Assembly: GCF_003704095.1 (NCBI RefSeq)
Contig: NW_020843670.1
Coordinates: forward strand, 62,001-126,000
Source: Pocillopora damicornis
Lineage: Eukaryota
Direction of reading: 5' to 3'
DNA: 64,000 nucleotides
Below are positions 63,583 to 64,000 of the stretch, in pieces. Each line of letters begins with the position of its first letter. Position 1 is the stretch's first letter. The translations under genes were made by a program, and so were the position numbers. The notes under the pieces are model-generated. The model was not told the DNA's origin and searched no databases. It saw nothing but the letters and a program-made list of their open reading frames with translations.

Positions 63583-64000
63583 CTAACACAAGCAATATTT
63601 CAAATTTCTTCAATTTTGTGTCTTTTGCGATTGCAAAATAATCCTGAAATTAAAGACCAGCAAATAGAAACCCTTACAAAATTTACTCCCCTATGGAATA
63701 TTCAAATCACAGAAAAAAAGATCAACATGTAACAACAACAACATATACAGGATATATAGACAAATACACAAATTGTTTACTGGTTGTACTTGTAAGTTCT
63801 GTTTTGTATTCTCTTTTGAGAAATGAAGTCAATTTGCAAAGATTTCTTATATGAGTAGAGTATCTAGTTACAGCTGTATCATTTTTGTTTGAATTGCCAG
63901 ACTCAAACAAATTCTCTTGATCTTTCATGCAGTTGTCCAAAGTTAAGACATTTTTAAGAATAAAATGAAGTTTAGAACTAAAGAAAATGCCCTTCTTTCA

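Noticed and set aside
62530-63940. Short ORFs 62530-62760 (+) and 63722-63940 (-) as further exons
   Set aside because: No recognisable similarity or convincing splice phases; the acceptor near 63932 hits stops in all three frames.

Overview
AT-rich, intron-containing animal DNA from a gapped draft scaffold. The repeat types and GPCR style suggest an anthozoan, probably a stony coral (inference). The left ~27 kb holds a decayed secretory phospholipase A2 gene and a tandem array of at least four copies or fragments of a bacterial-type polysaccharide lyase family 8 gene (chondroitin ABC lyase-like). These copies carry spliceosomal introns and a separate signal-peptide exon. Two copies are pseudogenes. 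One probably intact gene appears split by a contig (10348-16001) that is likely scaffolded in reverse. The rest of the window has three tandem minimal class A GPCRs plus a fourth, two KCTD-type BTB genes, four intronless orphan ORFs, a small secreted cationic prepropeptide gene and the first exons of an RPP38-like gene. Repeats include Penelope-type elements with minimal hammerhead ribozyme motifs, several MITEs, and a solo LTR carrying heat-shock and antioxidant-response elements.
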